Positions 40,679 to 54,299 of a DNA stretch of 64,000 nt are shown in pieces (the first letter of the stretch is position 1; each line of letters opens with the position of its first letter). A program made the translations under genes and the position numbers. The DNA is from Acidobacteriota bacterium. GTDB lineage: Bacteria > Acidobacteriota > Thermoanaerobaculia > Multivoradales > Multivoraceae. Below the pieces are notes generated by a model that saw nothing but the letters and a program-made list of their open reading frames with translations, ran no database searches and was not told the DNA's origin. Location of the stretch: the NCBI GenBank assembly GCA_039026915.1, contig JBCCLJ010000008.1, positions 102-64,101 on the forward strand, given 5' to 3'.

Positions 40679-40730
40679 CCTTCGGCGTTGAGGACCGGCG
40701 GCACTCGCCAGCGGCCCGCCGCTGTCGGGT

Positions 40731-43622
<2,892 letters not shown>

Positions 43623-43735
43623 GGGGGCTCTCGAAGGAAAGTGAAGGAACGGACGGGCGGCTGGAGAGGCTGCGGGTCGAGGCGGGGTCGTCGAAAGTGG
43701 CTTCGTCTCGCCAGGGTAAGTGGTTTCGGAAGCCT

Positions 43736-44674
43736 TCAGGCCATCTCGGAAAGTGCGAGGTACGCGTTGTAGCCGAGGTATCCGGCCAGGAGCAAGGCTC
43801 CCTCCCATCGGTTGACGCGACGATCGCCGACGAACCCGACCATCAGCGCGAAGGCGAAGACGATCATCACGCCAACGTCGATCCCGCTGGCGCCCAGGCT
43901 CACCGCGATCGGTTGAATCGACGCGACCGACGGCAGGATGAGCAACAGGTTGAAGATGTTCGAGCCGATGATGTTGCCGAGCACCAGGCCGCTCTGGCGC
44001 TTTGCCGCGGCGACCAGGCAGCCGGCGAGCTCCGGCACGCTGGTGCCGAACGCCGTCAGGGTCAGGCCGATGACGCGCTCGCTCACGCCCAGCGCCCGGG
44101 CGAGCTCCGTGGCCGCCTCGACCATCAGTGTCGCTCCACCGATGAGCAACGCGAGTCCTGCAACCGCGCCGAGGAGCGGCTTGAGCAGGCCGCCCTTCTC
44201 TTCGTCGCCGTCTTCCTCCTCATCGATCATCTGACCTGAGCGCAGGAGCACCGCCAGGAAGCTGACGAAGAGAAAGGCGTAGATGAGTGCCGGGAGTCGG
44301 CCGATTTCACCGGTCGCGACGAAGAGAAAGAGAAGGATGCTGATCCCGATCATGAAGGGGATTTCTCGCCGCTGCAGCTGCGAGTCGATCGCCAGGGGCG
44401 TGAAGAGCGTCGTGAGGCCGAGGATCAGGCCGATGTTGGCGATGTTCGAGCCGACGACGTTGCCGAAGGCCAGGGCCCCCTGATCGTTGAGTGCTGCGGT
44501 GACACCCACAGCGAGCTCGGGAGCCGAGGTGCCGAACGCGACGACGGTCAGCCCGATGACCACGGGCGACACACGCATCGCCTTGGCCAGCTCGGTCGAG
44601 TAGCGCACGAGCATCTCACCCCCTACGTAGAGCAGGGCGACGCCGAGCATGATGAGCGCTAGATTGAGGAGCAT
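43736..44674 (-). CDS. Calcium/sodium antiporter (CaCA, YrbG-like)
   Basis: Two alpha repeats: '[14 protein letters not shown]...[10 protein letters not shown]' and '[14 protein letters not shown]...[10 protein letters not shown]'. Confidence 0.92.
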   Translation of the reverse strand: MLLNLALIMLGVALLYVGGEMLVRYSTELAKAMRVSPVVIGLTVVAFGTSAPELAVGVTAALNDQGALAFGNVVGSNIANIGLILGLTTLFTPLAIDSQLQRREIPFMIGISILLFLFVATGEIGRLPALIYAFLFVSFLAVLLRSGQMIDEEEDGDEEKGGLLKPLLGAVAGLALLIGGATLMVEAATELARALGVSERVIGLTLTAFGTSVPELAGCLVAAAKRQSGLVLGNIIGSNIFNLLLILPSVASIQPIAVSLGASGIDVGVMIVFAFALMVGFVGDRRVNRWEGALLLAGYLGYNAYLALSEMA

Positions 44675-44918
44675 CGTTGCGGCGTGAGAGCTCTGGACAG
44701 GGCGTTTGGGTGCACCTGGAAAAGGCCGCGAGGTGCGGCGACGGTACCGGTCTCAGGTGCAGAGGAGAATCGCGGAAGGCAGCTGTAGAGCACGATATGG
44801 CGGCCCCCGAGCGAGGTCAACAAGGCGGCCACGGTGACGCTTTCCGCGGGCTCGAGCGCCCGGGTTGCGGTGCCCACGTTTGGCTTCCAGAGCCCGGTGT
44901 TGCTCCTATACTTCGCCG

Positions 44919-46145
44919 ATGTCCGAAGACCGGCGAGCGAAGAGCCAGCGGGGAGGAAAGAAGCGCCGTCGCGGCGGCCGCCAACGACGGGGCCGAGGCG
45001 GCACGGGCGCTCGCAGCGAGCCCACGCTCCACCACATCGTGAAGCGTCTCTCGGAGCGGCTGCGGGCCGACGCCGATCCGGCAGCACTCCAGGGAGGTGC
45101 TGCTGGCGGCTACGTCGAAGTCTCTGTTCGGCTGCCGCTCGAGCCGGCTGCTCGGGCCGACATCGAGGTGAAGCTGCTCGAAGAGCGGTTGAAGGCAGCG
45201 CGCGAGGATCTGCTGGCCAAGAACACCGTTTTCTCTTCCGGACGGGTCTTCTGTTTGAGGTGCGCTTCGACCGACTGCAAGCACGCCGTCCCGCCCTCGG
45301 AGCGGAGCGTCTTTGCCGGCTACTCACCGACGGGTCTGCCGCGCTTCGCCGAGTGGCCCGAGCTCCTGCTCGAGCGTCGGGACGACCGGCTCGACGAGGT
45401 GCACGAGCGGCCGGCGCGATTCGTCGCTCGCGTCGCCACGCCGGACGAGCTCGTCGGCTCGGTTCTCGACGTCTATCGATCGGATCTCGGCTTTCGCCTT
45501 TGGGGGCAGGTCGATGCGGGCTGGTTCACCTCTCCGCGCACCGGCGACGCAGACCGTCAGGCGCTGAGCCTGCAGATCCTGTCACTGAAGAGCCCGGGAA
45601 GGCCCTGGCGCTTTGGCCTGAATGCCGTCGGCGTCGCGCCGGGAGGTGAGCCGCTCGAGACCCGGGTCGATCAGTGGGAGGTGCTGCCGTGGACCGAGGC
45701 GGTGAGATGGTGTCGCGGCCTGTTGGGAGACATCGAGCGGAAGGCCAACGCTCAGCTCGACTCCACGTCCTGGCAGCCTCGCGCCGAGGGGCTCGCGGCG
45801 GCGCTCGCTCGCCGCCTCGAGAAGGCCTCCCGCGCGACGCAGAGAAAGACGGTGCATGCGCGCGAGCGCCAACGGCAGCAGCGTCCGACGGGGATGGCTC
45901 TCTCCGATCTGAGGACGGCGGGAAGCGACCGCATCCTCTTCGACACCAAGTACGAGACGTTGATCGTGCTCGGTGACAAGGGCAGAGCGCACGCCTTTTT
46001 GCCCGATGGTCGGCTGGTCACCAGCGTGCGCTACACGCCTGCCAGCATCCAGCGTCGTCGCAACAACGGGCGCTGGCGTCCGGCCAAGGACGAGGAGGTT
46101 GCGCAGCTGCAGCGCTCGGCCGCCGCACCGCCCGCGAGCCGCTAG
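44919..46145 (+). CDS. Hypothetical protein with basic N-terminus and a CxxC-x4-CxH motif
   Basis: 408-aa ORF filling the gap; TATACT 6 nt before ATG; 'FCLRCASTDCKH'. Confidence 0.7.
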   Translation: MSEDRRAKSQRGGKKRRRGGRQRRGRGGTGARSEPTLHHIVKRLSERLRADADPAALQGGAAGGYVEVSVRLPLEPAARADIEVKLLEERLKAAREDLLAKNTVFSSGRVFCLRCASTDCKHAVPPSERSVFAGYSPTGLPRFAEWPELLLERRDDRLDEVHERPARFVARVATPDELVGSVLDVYRSDLGFRLWGQVDAGWFTSPRTGDADRQALSLQILSLKSPGRPWRFGLNAVGVAPGGEPLETRVDQWEVLPWTEAVRWCRGLLGDIERKANAQLDSTSWQPRAEGLAAALARRLEKASRATQRKTVHARERQRQQRPTGMALSDLRTAGSDRILFDTKYETLIVLGDKGRAHAFLPDGRLVTSVRYTPASIQRRRNNGRWRPAKDEEVAQLQRSAAAPPASR

Positions 46146-46792
46146 TCGGAAGACGCCTGCTCGAAGGCTTCTCGGACCGGTCCGAGCCGATCCTTCGGTT
46201 CGACGCGCAGCCGCAGCCTCGAAGCGGGGTCGACGCTCTCCGCCGAGCTCAGCGGATGAATGCCGATCACCTGGCAGCGGAGTCGGCCTTCCAGGCCTTC
46301 GACTTCGAGCTCGAACTCCGTGTCGAGGGACGGAAGGAGATCCGCCTCGACGGTCATGGTGTCGTCTTCGAGGCTCAGGATGCTGCACGGGTGCGACGAG
46401 CTGAAGGGTACTTCGGCGTCCCCGATCTCGAAGCGACCGAAGACGCGGCGGCTCGCGCCGGCGTTGCCGACGCGGTCGATGAAGTCGAGGATCTGCGTCG
46501 CGTTCTCCGACACCGTCGCGGCAAACTCGATGCCGGACTGAAAGGCTGCGACCGACTCTCCGGGAGCGTTTCCCCGCGGCCGAAAGTGGCACCAAACGAC
46601 GCGGCCGTCCTGGTTCATCGGTGAGCCGATCCTGTAGCTCTCGCCGACGTTCAGACGTGCTTCGGTCTCCACCGCCATGCCCGCGACGCTCAGATTGAGA
46701 ATCCGTCCAGTCGTCTGGCTGTGAATCGTGCCGAAGAGTCCGCGGGACTCGTCCTCGGCAGGAGCTGGAGAGGCGGGGGACTTCGTGCTCAT
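46142..46792 (-). CDS. PilZ-domain protein (two PilZ-like barrels)
   Basis: 'LNLSVAGMAVE...GRVVWC...GIEF' (D/NxSxxG) and second unit 'RRVFGRF...CSILSL...LRCQV'. Confidence 0.65.
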   Translation of the reverse strand: MSTKSPASPAPAEDESRGLFGTIHSQTTGRILNLSVAGMAVETEARLNVGESYRIGSPMNQDGRVVWCHFRPRGNAPGESVAAFQSGIEFAATVSENATQILDFIDRVGNAGASRRVFGRFEIGDAEVPFSSSHPCSILSLEDDTMTVEADLLPSLDTEFELEVEGLEGRLRCQVIGIHPLSSAESVDPASRLRLRVEPKDRLGPVREAFEQASSD

Positions 46793-46886
46793 GACCGTAG
46801 ACCAGTATAGGGCAGCCCGCGAGCGACGCGGCGAGGTCCGAGGGGCGGCCGCGGTGAACTGCGCCGGCGGTTGCTAGTGTGCGCGC

Positions 46887-47669
46887 ATGACGCAAGAGCC
46901 TCCAGGACGCTCGAAGCGGTTCCCGGTCCGGCGCGATGGAGCTGCACGCGAGCTCGATGACGTGGTCGTCGAGGAGGCCTTGGAGATTCGGCTTGCAAGC
47001 CGGCCGCTGGCGGTGACGATGCGCACGCCGGGCGACGACGTTGAGCTGGCGCTGGGCTTCCTGCACTCCGAACGAGTCGTAGAGACAGCTTCCGAGATCG
47101 TCTCGTGCACGCAGACGGGGAGCCAGGTCGTCGAGGTCGAGCTGGCGACAGCCGCGCTCGATCGATGGGCCCGCCGCGGCGTCGAGCGGGAGTTTCGGAT
47201 CACGGCCGCCTGCGGCGCCTGCGGCAGACCGAGCCTCGAGGACGTCGAGCGCGACGTTCCCAGAGTTCGCCCATGGCGCCCAAGTCTGGACCTCGTACGA
47301 AGTCTCCCCGGCAGTCTCCGTGAAGAGCAGCGGGTCTTCACTCGAACGGGCGGCTGTCACGCGGCGGCGCTCTTCGGTCGTCGCGGCGAACTCGTCTGCA
47401 GCTATGAGGACGTCGGCAGGCACAACGCCGTCGACAAGGTCGTCGGGCGGCTACTGCAGGACGGTGCGCTGCCGGCTGTAGAGACGATCCTGGTGGTCAG
47501 CGGTCGCGCCGGTTTCGAACTGGTCGAGAAGGCGGCGCTGGCGGGAATCCCGGCGATGGCTTCGGTCGGTGCGACGACGAGCGCCGCGGTCGACGTGGCG
47601 CAGAAGGCAGGGCTCGAGCTCTTCTGCTTCGTCTCCGAGCAGAGCGCCGTCCGGTTCGACCTCCAGTGA
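46887..47669 (+). CDS. fdhD: Formate dehydrogenase accessory sulfurtransferase
   Basis: 'EEALEI', TMRTPG, CGACG, 'FTRTGGCHAAAL', EDVGRHNAVDKVVG, SGRAGFELVEKA. Confidence 0.92.
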   Translation: MTQEPPGRSKRFPVRRDGAARELDDVVVEEALEIRLASRPLAVTMRTPGDDVELALGFLHSERVVETASEIVSCTQTGSQVVEVELATAALDRWARRGVEREFRITAACGACGRPSLEDVERDVPRVRPWRPSLDLVRSLPGSLREEQRVFTRTGGCHAAALFGRRGELVCSYEDVGRHNAVDKVVGRLLQDGALPAVETILVVSGRAGFELVEKAALAGIPAMASVGATTSAAVDVAQKAGLELFCFVSEQSAVRFDLQ

Positions 47670-47706
47670 GCGCAAGGGCGCCGTCCGTGGACGGCGCCCG
47701 AGAGAC

Positions 47707-48048
47707 TCAACCGATGGCCACCTCGCCCGCCTCTCCGGTTCGGATGCGCACACAGTCGTCGAGATCGATGACGAAGATCTTCCCGTCTCCGATCTCTCCG
47801 GTGTGAGCGGCGCCTGAGATGGCCTCGATGCACTGCGGAACGAACTCGTCGTTGACCGCGACTTCGAGTTTGACCTTGCGCAGCAGGCTGCCGGCCTCTT
47901 TGTGGCTCCGGTAGACCTCGGAGATGCCCTTCTGGCGGCCTCGGCCCATGACCTGTGAAACGGTGACGAGGTGAATCTCCGCCTTCTGCAGGCGATCGAG
48001 GATCTCGTTGAGACGGTCGGGTTGGCAAACGGCGACGACGTACTTCAT
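47707..48048 (-). CDS. glnK: P-II nitrogen regulatory protein (amtB-linked)
   Basis: GRGRQKG, KVKLE, TGEIGDGKIFV, RIRTGE; AGGAGG RBS. Confidence 0.9.
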   Translation of the reverse strand: MKYVVAVCQPDRLNEILDRLQKAEIHLVTVSQVMGRGRQKGISEVYRSHKEAGSLLRKVKLEVAVNDEFVPQCIEAISGAAHTGEIGDGKIFVIDLDDCVRIRTGEAGEVAIG

Positions 48049-48058
48049 TGGAACCTCC

Positions 48059-49393
48059 TCAGTCGACCAGCGTGTAGGCCGCTTCGCGGTGAGATGTGAG
48101 GTCGAGTCCGACCCGTTCTTCGTCGCTCGTGACGCGCAGGCCCAGCGTCAGGTCGATGACTTTCAGGAGGATGGCCGAAGCGACCGTCGCCCAGACTATG
48201 GTGTAAATGACGGCCTTCATTTGAAGGGCGACCTGGCCGGCGTTGCCGTAGAAGAGACCGTTGGTGTCGTTGCCGGGAACCGCCGAGGTGGCCCACAGTC
48301 CGGCAGCGATCGCGCCCCAGATCCCGGCCACGCCGTGCACGCCGAAGACGTCGAGTGAGTCGTCGTAGCCGAGCCTCGGCTTGAGCAGCGTCACCGCCAA
48401 GTAGCCGAAGACCGAGGCGCCGAAGCCAACACCGAGCGCTCCGGCGGCATTGACCGAGCCGCAGGCCGGGGTGATGCCGACGAGGCCGGCCACCGCGCCG
48501 GTGATGACGCCGAGAACGGTGGGGTGCTTGTCGCGCACCCACTCGATCAACGCCCAGGCGAGAGCGCCGGCGGCCGTCGCAATGTGCGTCACGACGAAGG
48601 CGTTGGCTGCGGAAGCGTTGGCCGCAACGGCGGAGCCGGCGTTGAAGCCGAACCAACCGAACCAGAGCAGCCCCGTGCCGAGCACGGCGAACGGCAGGTT
48701 GTGGGGCGGCGACATGTCGCGCGGGTGACCCTGGCGCTTGCCGAGGAAGAGGGCGGCAACCAGAGCCGAGATGCCGGCGTTGATGTGGACGACGGTGCCG
48801 CCGGCGAAGTCGAGAGCGCCGTCACCGCCGAGCCCGAAGAATCCCTCGGCTCCGCCCCACACCCAGTGAGCGACGGGGCAGTAGACGACGAGCAGCCAGA
48901 CCGAGCAGAAGATGCAGATGGCGCTGAACTTCATACGCTCGGCAAAGGCACCGACCATGAGAGCCGGAGTGATGATGGCGAACATCGCCTGGAAGATCAT
49001 GAAGAGCTGGCCTGGAATCGCCGTTCCGTCCCAGGCGTCGAAGCCGACGCCGTTCAGCATCACGTAGTCGAAGCCGCCCGCGAAGCCGCCGAAGGCGTCG
49101 GGGGCAAAGGCCAGGCTGAAGCCGACGACGACCCAGAGCACCGTCATCAGGGCCATGCAGAAGAAGCACTGCATCAGGATGGAGAGCACGTTCTTGCGGC
49201 GAACGAGGCCGCCGTAGAAGAAGGCGAGCCCGGGCGTCATCAGCAGGACGAGAGCGCTGGCGGTGAGCATCCAGGCGGTGTCTCCGGCGTCGATGCCCTC
49301 CTGGGCGGCGGCGGGACTGGCGGCGAACAGAGCGAGTGCGACCACTACGAACAGAGCGAATCGCACCCCTCGAGGTGTTTGCATGCGAAACAT
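48059..49393 (-). CDS. amtB: Ammonium transporter
   Basis: LMTPGLAFFYGG, FQAMFAIITPAL, AER, HWVWG, DFAGGTVVH, LLWFGWFGFNAGS, DDSLDVFGVHG; GGAGG RBS before ATG 49393. Confidence 0.95.
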   Translation of the reverse strand: MFRMQTPRGVRFALFVVVALALFAASPAAAQEGIDAGDTAWMLTASALVLLMTPGLAFFYGGLVRRKNVLSILMQCFFCMALMTVLWVVVGFSLAFAPDAFGGFAGGFDYVMLNGVGFDAWDGTAIPGQLFMIFQAMFAIITPALMVGAFAERMKFSAICIFCSVWLLVVYCPVAHWVWGGAEGFFGLGGDGALDFAGGTVVHINAGISALVAALFLGKRQGHPRDMSPPHNLPFAVLGTGLLWFGWFGFNAGSAVAANASAANAFVVTHIATAAGALAWALIEWVRDKHPTVLGVITGAVAGLVGITPACGSVNAAGALGVGFGASVFGYLAVTLLKPRLGYDDSLDVFGVHGVAGIWGAIAAGLWATSAVPGNDTNGLFYGNAGQVALQMKAVIYTIVWATVASAILLKVIDLTLGLRVTSDEERVGLDLTSHREAAYTLVD

Positions 49394-49460
49394 ACGATCC
49401 TCCGGGGGAGCTGTGCCGGCGAAGCCGGCGGACAAGAAAATTGTCGGTATCCACCAGCTC

Positions 49461-49476
49461 AGCAAGTCGCGGGCCA
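49461..49476 (-). promoter_or_regulatory. sigma54 (-24/-12) promoter of amtB-glnK
   Basis: Minus strand TGGCCCGCGACTTGCT (GG-N10-GC, one mismatch to TGGCAC-N5-TTGCW), 67 nt upstream of amtB ATG. Confidence 0.7.
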
Positions 49477-49664
49477 CTCGGTGTCCTGTGCCGGAAATGT
49501 CCATCAAGTCCATTGAAGACAGTTGTTTTGGCACTTCTCGACGGTTTCTTACGGCATCTGTCGTTTGCTACGTAAATGTAGTTCTTGAGACCAGTCGATA
49601 CGATTTTATTTCAGCGGGCGTGAGAGCTCGGACCGACTCTTTTGCAGAAATGTCCGTCTGGGGG

Positions 49665-49694
49665 TTGACTTCTCCGATCAACACTCCGTATCTT
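49665..49694 (+). promoter_or_regulatory. sigma70-type promoter of the lysine operon leader
   Basis: TTGACT (49665-49670) - 18 nt - TATCTT (49689-49694). Confidence 0.55.
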
Positions 49695-49735
49695 CCGCCC
49701 GCCTGCAGCGCCAACGCTGCTCCGGCTCGGAACCG

Positions 49736-49852
49736 ATGAAGACCCGCATTCCAGCACCGACGATCGCTCCGGCGACCCTCGCCTTCGACGCAGCCAAGGC
49801 TGCGAAAGCCGTGCTGTGCAAGCGGGAGGAGAAGAAGACCTCGCCCATCTGA
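49736..49852 (+). CDS. Lysine-operon leader (attenuator) peptide, 38 aa
   Basis: [38 protein letters not shown]; 6 Lys, 5 in the distal half including tandem AAG AAG; followed by a terminator; below the ORF-track length cutoff. Confidence 0.75.
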   Translation: MKTRIPAPTIAPATLAFDAAKAAKAVLCKREEKKTSPI

Positions 49853-49879
49853 AGGGGTGCCATCCCGTCTCGGTTCACG

Positions 49880-49912
49880 AGCCCGGCATCCTGATGGATG
49901 CCGGGCTTTTTT
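49880..49912 (+). terminator. Attenuator terminator upstream of homocitrate synthase
   Basis: AGCCCGGCATCC-TGAT-GGATGCCGGGCT-TTTTT, 12-bp perfect stem plus U tract, between leader and first structural gene. Confidence 0.9.
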
Positions 49913-49965
49913 CGTTGGTGAACGAGACTTCGCGGGAGAGGCGCTCTCTACTCGAGACACTCGCC

Positions 49966-51156
49966 ATGCAATCCACCGAATCCAGCCCTCCGCCGATTCC
50001 CCGTTCGTTTCCCGCTCGCTGGTCGATCATCGAGTCGACCCTGCGAGAGGGGGAGCAGTTCGCCAACGCCTTCTTCTCGCTGGAGCAGAAACTCGAGATC
50101 GCTCGCCGTCTCGACGCTTTCGGCGTCGAGTACCTCGAGCTGACCTCACCGATGGCGAGCCCTGCGAGTCGTCGCGACTGCGAGCAGATCGCGCGATTGG
50201 GGCTGCGCGCCAAGATCCTCACGCACACTCGCTGCCACCTCGAGGACGCGAAGGTGGCGATCGACACGGGTGTCGACGGTGTCGACGTCGTCATCGGAAC
50301 GAGCAGCCTGCTGCGCCAGTTCTCGCATGGCCTCGAGATCGACGAGATCGTCGAGCGCGCGGCCGAGGTGGTTGGCTTCATTCGCCGGGCCGGCCTTGAA
50401 GTGCGCTTCAGTACGGAGGACAGCTTTCGGTCCGACGAGGCGGACCTGTTGCGTGCTTACAGCGCGGTCGACGCGCTGGGCGTCGATCGGGTCGGTATTG
50501 CCGACACGGTGGGTTGCGCTACTCCGATGCAGGTCGCTCAACTGGTGCGCAAGGTTCGCGAAACGGTGAGCTGCGACATCGAGTTTCACGGCCACGACGA
50601 CACGGGCTGCGCTGTCGCCAATGCCTTCTGCGCACTGGAGCAGGGCGCCAGCCACGTCGACACCTCGGTCCTCGGCATCGGCGAGCGCAACGGCATCACT
50701 CCGCTCGGGGCCTTCATCGCACGCATGGTCGTCGTCCAGCCCGAAGAGGTCCGCAGTCGCTACGACCTGCCGTCGCTGCGCGGGCTCGAGAACTACGTTG
50801 CCGATCTCGTCGGAGTCGACGTGCCGTTCAACAACTGCGTCACCGGCTTCGCCGCCTTTACCCACAAGGCAGGGATCCATGCCAAGGCGATCCTGAACAA
50901 CCCGAGCACCTACGAGATCCTGGCTCCCGAAGACTTCGGACTCGAGCGGTACGTTCACGTCGCGCACCGACTCACCGGCTGGAACGCTCTGCAGGATCGT
51001 GCGGCGCAGCTGGGACTCGACCTGAGCCCCGACGAACTGCGAGAGATCACGGCGCGCGTCAAGGCGTTGGCTGACACCAAGCGCCTGAGTCTCGACGACG
51101 TCGACGCTCTCCTGCGCAGCGCGGGCGCGCCGGCCGAACGGGAGGCGGCGTCGTGA
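49966..51156 (+). CDS. hcs: Homocitrate synthase (Lys20/Thermus HCS type)
   Basis: '[17 protein letters not shown]', ELTSP, 'ILTHTRCH', [48 protein letters not shown]. Confidence 0.93.
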   Translation: MQSTESSPPPIPRSFPARWSIIESTLREGEQFANAFFSLEQKLEIARRLDAFGVEYLELTSPMASPASRRDCEQIARLGLRAKILTHTRCHLEDAKVAIDTGVDGVDVVIGTSSLLRQFSHGLEIDEIVERAAEVVGFIRRAGLEVRFSTEDSFRSDEADLLRAYSAVDALGVDRVGIADTVGCATPMQVAQLVRKVRETVSCDIEFHGHDDTGCAVANAFCALEQGASHVDTSVLGIGERNGITPLGAFIARMVVVQPEEVRSRYDLPSLRGLENYVADLVGVDVPFNNCVTGFAAFTHKAGIHAKAILNNPSTYEILAPEDFGLERYVHVAHRLTGWNALQDRAAQLGLDLSPDELREITARVKALADTKRLSLDDVDALLRSAGAPAEREAAS

Positions 51157-52510
51157 GTGCGCCCGCGACCTTCGCTCAAAAGGCGCTTGCACGCTCGGCG
51201 GGCCGTGACGTCTCGGTCGCCGGCGACCTCGAGCCGGGCACGCTGCTCACGGTACGTCCGCACGTCGTCCTGAGCCACGACAACTCTGCGGCGATCCGAG
51301 AGATCTGGTTGCGCTTCGAGCAGGAGCGCGTCGTGATCCCCGAGCGCATCGCCATCACGCTCGACCACGCCGTCCCGGCGCCGACGCCGGCGCACGCAGA
51401 GAACCATCGGATCATTCGCGACTTCGTCGCCGAGCAGGGCATCGCGAACTTTCACGACGTCGGGCGCGGGATCTGCCACCAGGTGCACTCGGAGGAGGCG
51501 GCGGTGCTTCCCGGCCAGCTGATCCTCGGCGCCGACAGCCACACGCCGCACTTCGGATGGCTCGGAGCCTTCGGTGCCGGCGTAGGACGTTCCGAGGTGG
51601 CCGTGCTCTGGGCCACTGGCGAGCTCTGGCTGCAGGTTCCGGAGACGATTCGACTCGTTCTCGAGGGCAGCCTGGGAAGCGACGTCACGGCCAAGGACGT
51701 CGCGCTTCATCTCATCTCCCACTTGGGCGCCGACTTCGCCAACTACCGCTGCGTCGAGTTGTCAGGCGAGGCCGTCGAGGCTCTGTCGCTCGACGGGCGC
51801 GCCGCCCTCGCGAACATGATGGCGGAGATGGGGGCCAAGGCCTCCTTCGTGGCGCCCGACGAGGCCGTCCGGCGGTTCGTGGCACGCCGCCTCGCTCGGC
51901 GCCTCGGCGTGACGGAGGCTGCAGCTCTCCAGCGCGTCGAAGAGAGCGTCCTGCTCTCCGATTCGGAGGCCGAGGTCGAGCGCACCGTGACGCTGAGCGC
52001 CAGCGAGATCGAGCCCGTCGTCGCGCGGCCGCCGCGTGTCGACGATGCAGTCCCAGTCTCCGAGCTGCGCGAGGTGACCGTCGACCAGGCCTTCGTCGGA
52101 ACCTGCACCAACGGTCGGCTCGAAGACCTGCGAGCGGTGCGCGACGTCGTCGCAGGGCGCCGGGTCGCGCGCGGCACGCGCTTTCTCGTCGTTCCCGCTT
52201 CTTCGGAGGTGCTCGCCGAGGCCACGCGCCGCGGCTGGATCGGCGAGATTCTTGCGGCCGGCGTTCATCTCGGGACTCCGGGCTGCGGCCCCTGCATGGG
52301 CAACCACCTGGGGGTGCTGGCGGCGGGTGAGGTCTGCATCAGCTCGGCCAATCGCAACTTCCGCGGACGCATGGGTAACCCGGAGAGCGAGGTCTACCTG
52401 GCGTCTCCCGCGGTCGTCGCCGCGAGCGCCGTCGCCGGGCGCATCGTCTCGCCGCGGGAGCTGGAGCGCGACCCCCAAGAGCGTCATGAAGACGGGCAAG
52501 CGGTGGCCTC

Positions 52511-52514
<4 letters not shown>
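51153..52514 (+). CDS. lysT: Homoaconitase large subunit
   Basis: [43 protein letters not shown]; operon context. Confidence 0.88.
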
Positions 52515-53019
<505 letters not shown>

Positions 53020-53023
<4 letters not shown>

Positions 53024-54042
53024 GCGCCCTGCGTATCGCACTTCTCGGTGGCGACGGCGTCGGACCCGAAGTGGTCAGCGCGGTGGCGCCGCTTCTCGCA
53101 GTGCTCGAACCGGACGTCGAAACCGTCGAGCTCGCCATGGGCTTCGGATGCTTCGAGCGCGAAGGCCACGCGCTGCCGCCGGCGACGATCGAGGGCCTGC
53201 GGAGCTGCCGCGGAGCGCTCTTCGGTGCCGTCGGCTCGCCGTCGCATCCGGTCTCGGGCTACCGCTCGCCGCTGCTCGAGGTGCGCCGCACCTTCGAGCT
53301 CTTCGCGAACCTGAGGCCGCTCGTCTCGATGCCCGGCGACGGAACGATCGACGCGGTCGTCGTGCGCGAAAACACCGAGGGTCTGTACAGCGGACGCGAG
53401 CGGCTCGAGGGAGAGGGTGACGAGGCTGTGGCCGTGGCCGAGCGCGTCGTCTCCGTCCGCGCCACCGAGCGCATCGTGCGCGCCGCGGCGACGCTCGCTC
53501 GGGAGCGGCTCGAGCAGGGCCGCAACGCACGGCTGACCATCGTGCACAAGGCCAACGTTCTCCGCACCAGCGACGGACTCTTCCGCGAAACGGCCTTGCG
53601 CGTTGCGTCCGACTTCCCCGAACTCCAGGTCGAGGAACAGCTCGTCGATTCGATGGCCTATCGTCTCGTGCTCGAGCCTGAACGCTACGGCGTGATCGTC
53701 GCCTCCAATCTCTACGGCGACGTGCTCAGCGACCTCGGTGCTGCCCTCGTCGGTGGACTGGGCGTCGTCCCCAGCGCCAACGTCGGCGACCGCTTCGTAC
53801 TCGCCGAGCCGGTGCACGGCAGCGCCCCCGACCTCGCCGGCCGCGGCCTTGCCAACCCCATCGCCACGGCTCGAGCGTTGGCGATGCTGCTCGAGCGACT
53901 GGAGCGCCTGGCTGGCGCACGCACGCTTGACCGTGCCATCGAGCGCGTCTTGCTCGAGGGCCCTCGTACCCCTGATCTCGGCGGTTCGGCGACGACGCGA
54001 GAGGTGGCGCACTGCCTGCTCTCGCTGGTCGAGCGAACCTGA
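53020..54042 (+). CDS. hicd: Homoisocitrate dehydrogenase
   Basis: GDGVGPEV, 'LFGAVGSP...GYRSP', [39 protein letters not shown]; operon context. Confidence 0.85.
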
Positions 54043-54113
54043 GAACGTTCGAACAGCTCAACGATTGCAACCAACTCACCGACGGCAACTCGCCGAGGAA
54101 AGGAGATCCGACA

Positions 54114-54299
54114 ATGGCACTCAACACAGTGACGACCAGCGCAGAATGCCCCGAGTGTTTCGGGCAGATCCAGCTCACTGAAGTCGTGCAGAACGAGATT
54201 GTGCAGTGCGCCGAATGCGGCGTCGACCTGGAGGTCGTGACCCTCGATCCGGTCGCGCTCGAGGTCGCGCCCGAAGAGGAAGAGGATTGGGGCGAATGA
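54114..54299 (+). CDS. lysW: Amino-group carrier protein LysW
   Basis: Two CxxC (CPEC, CAEC) and diagnostic C-terminus EEDWGE; AAGGAG RBS. Confidence 0.97.
   Translation: MALNTVTTSAECPECFGQIQLTEVVQNEIVQCAECGVDLEVVTLDPVALEVAPEEEEDWGE

Noticed and set aside
43623-43735. Glycine riboswitch upstream of gcvP
   Set aside because: Only about 110 bp, and no GGAGA...CCGAAG...CUCUCAGG core on the coding strand
49529-49545. Plus-strand TGGCAC as a sigma54 promoter
   Set aside because: Not followed by TTGC at the -12 spacing; the minus-strand site at 49461-49476 fits
49694-49965. Lysine riboswitch or T-box upstream of hcs
   Set aside because: No recognisable L-box or T-box (UGGNACC) core; a leader ORF plus terminator explains the region
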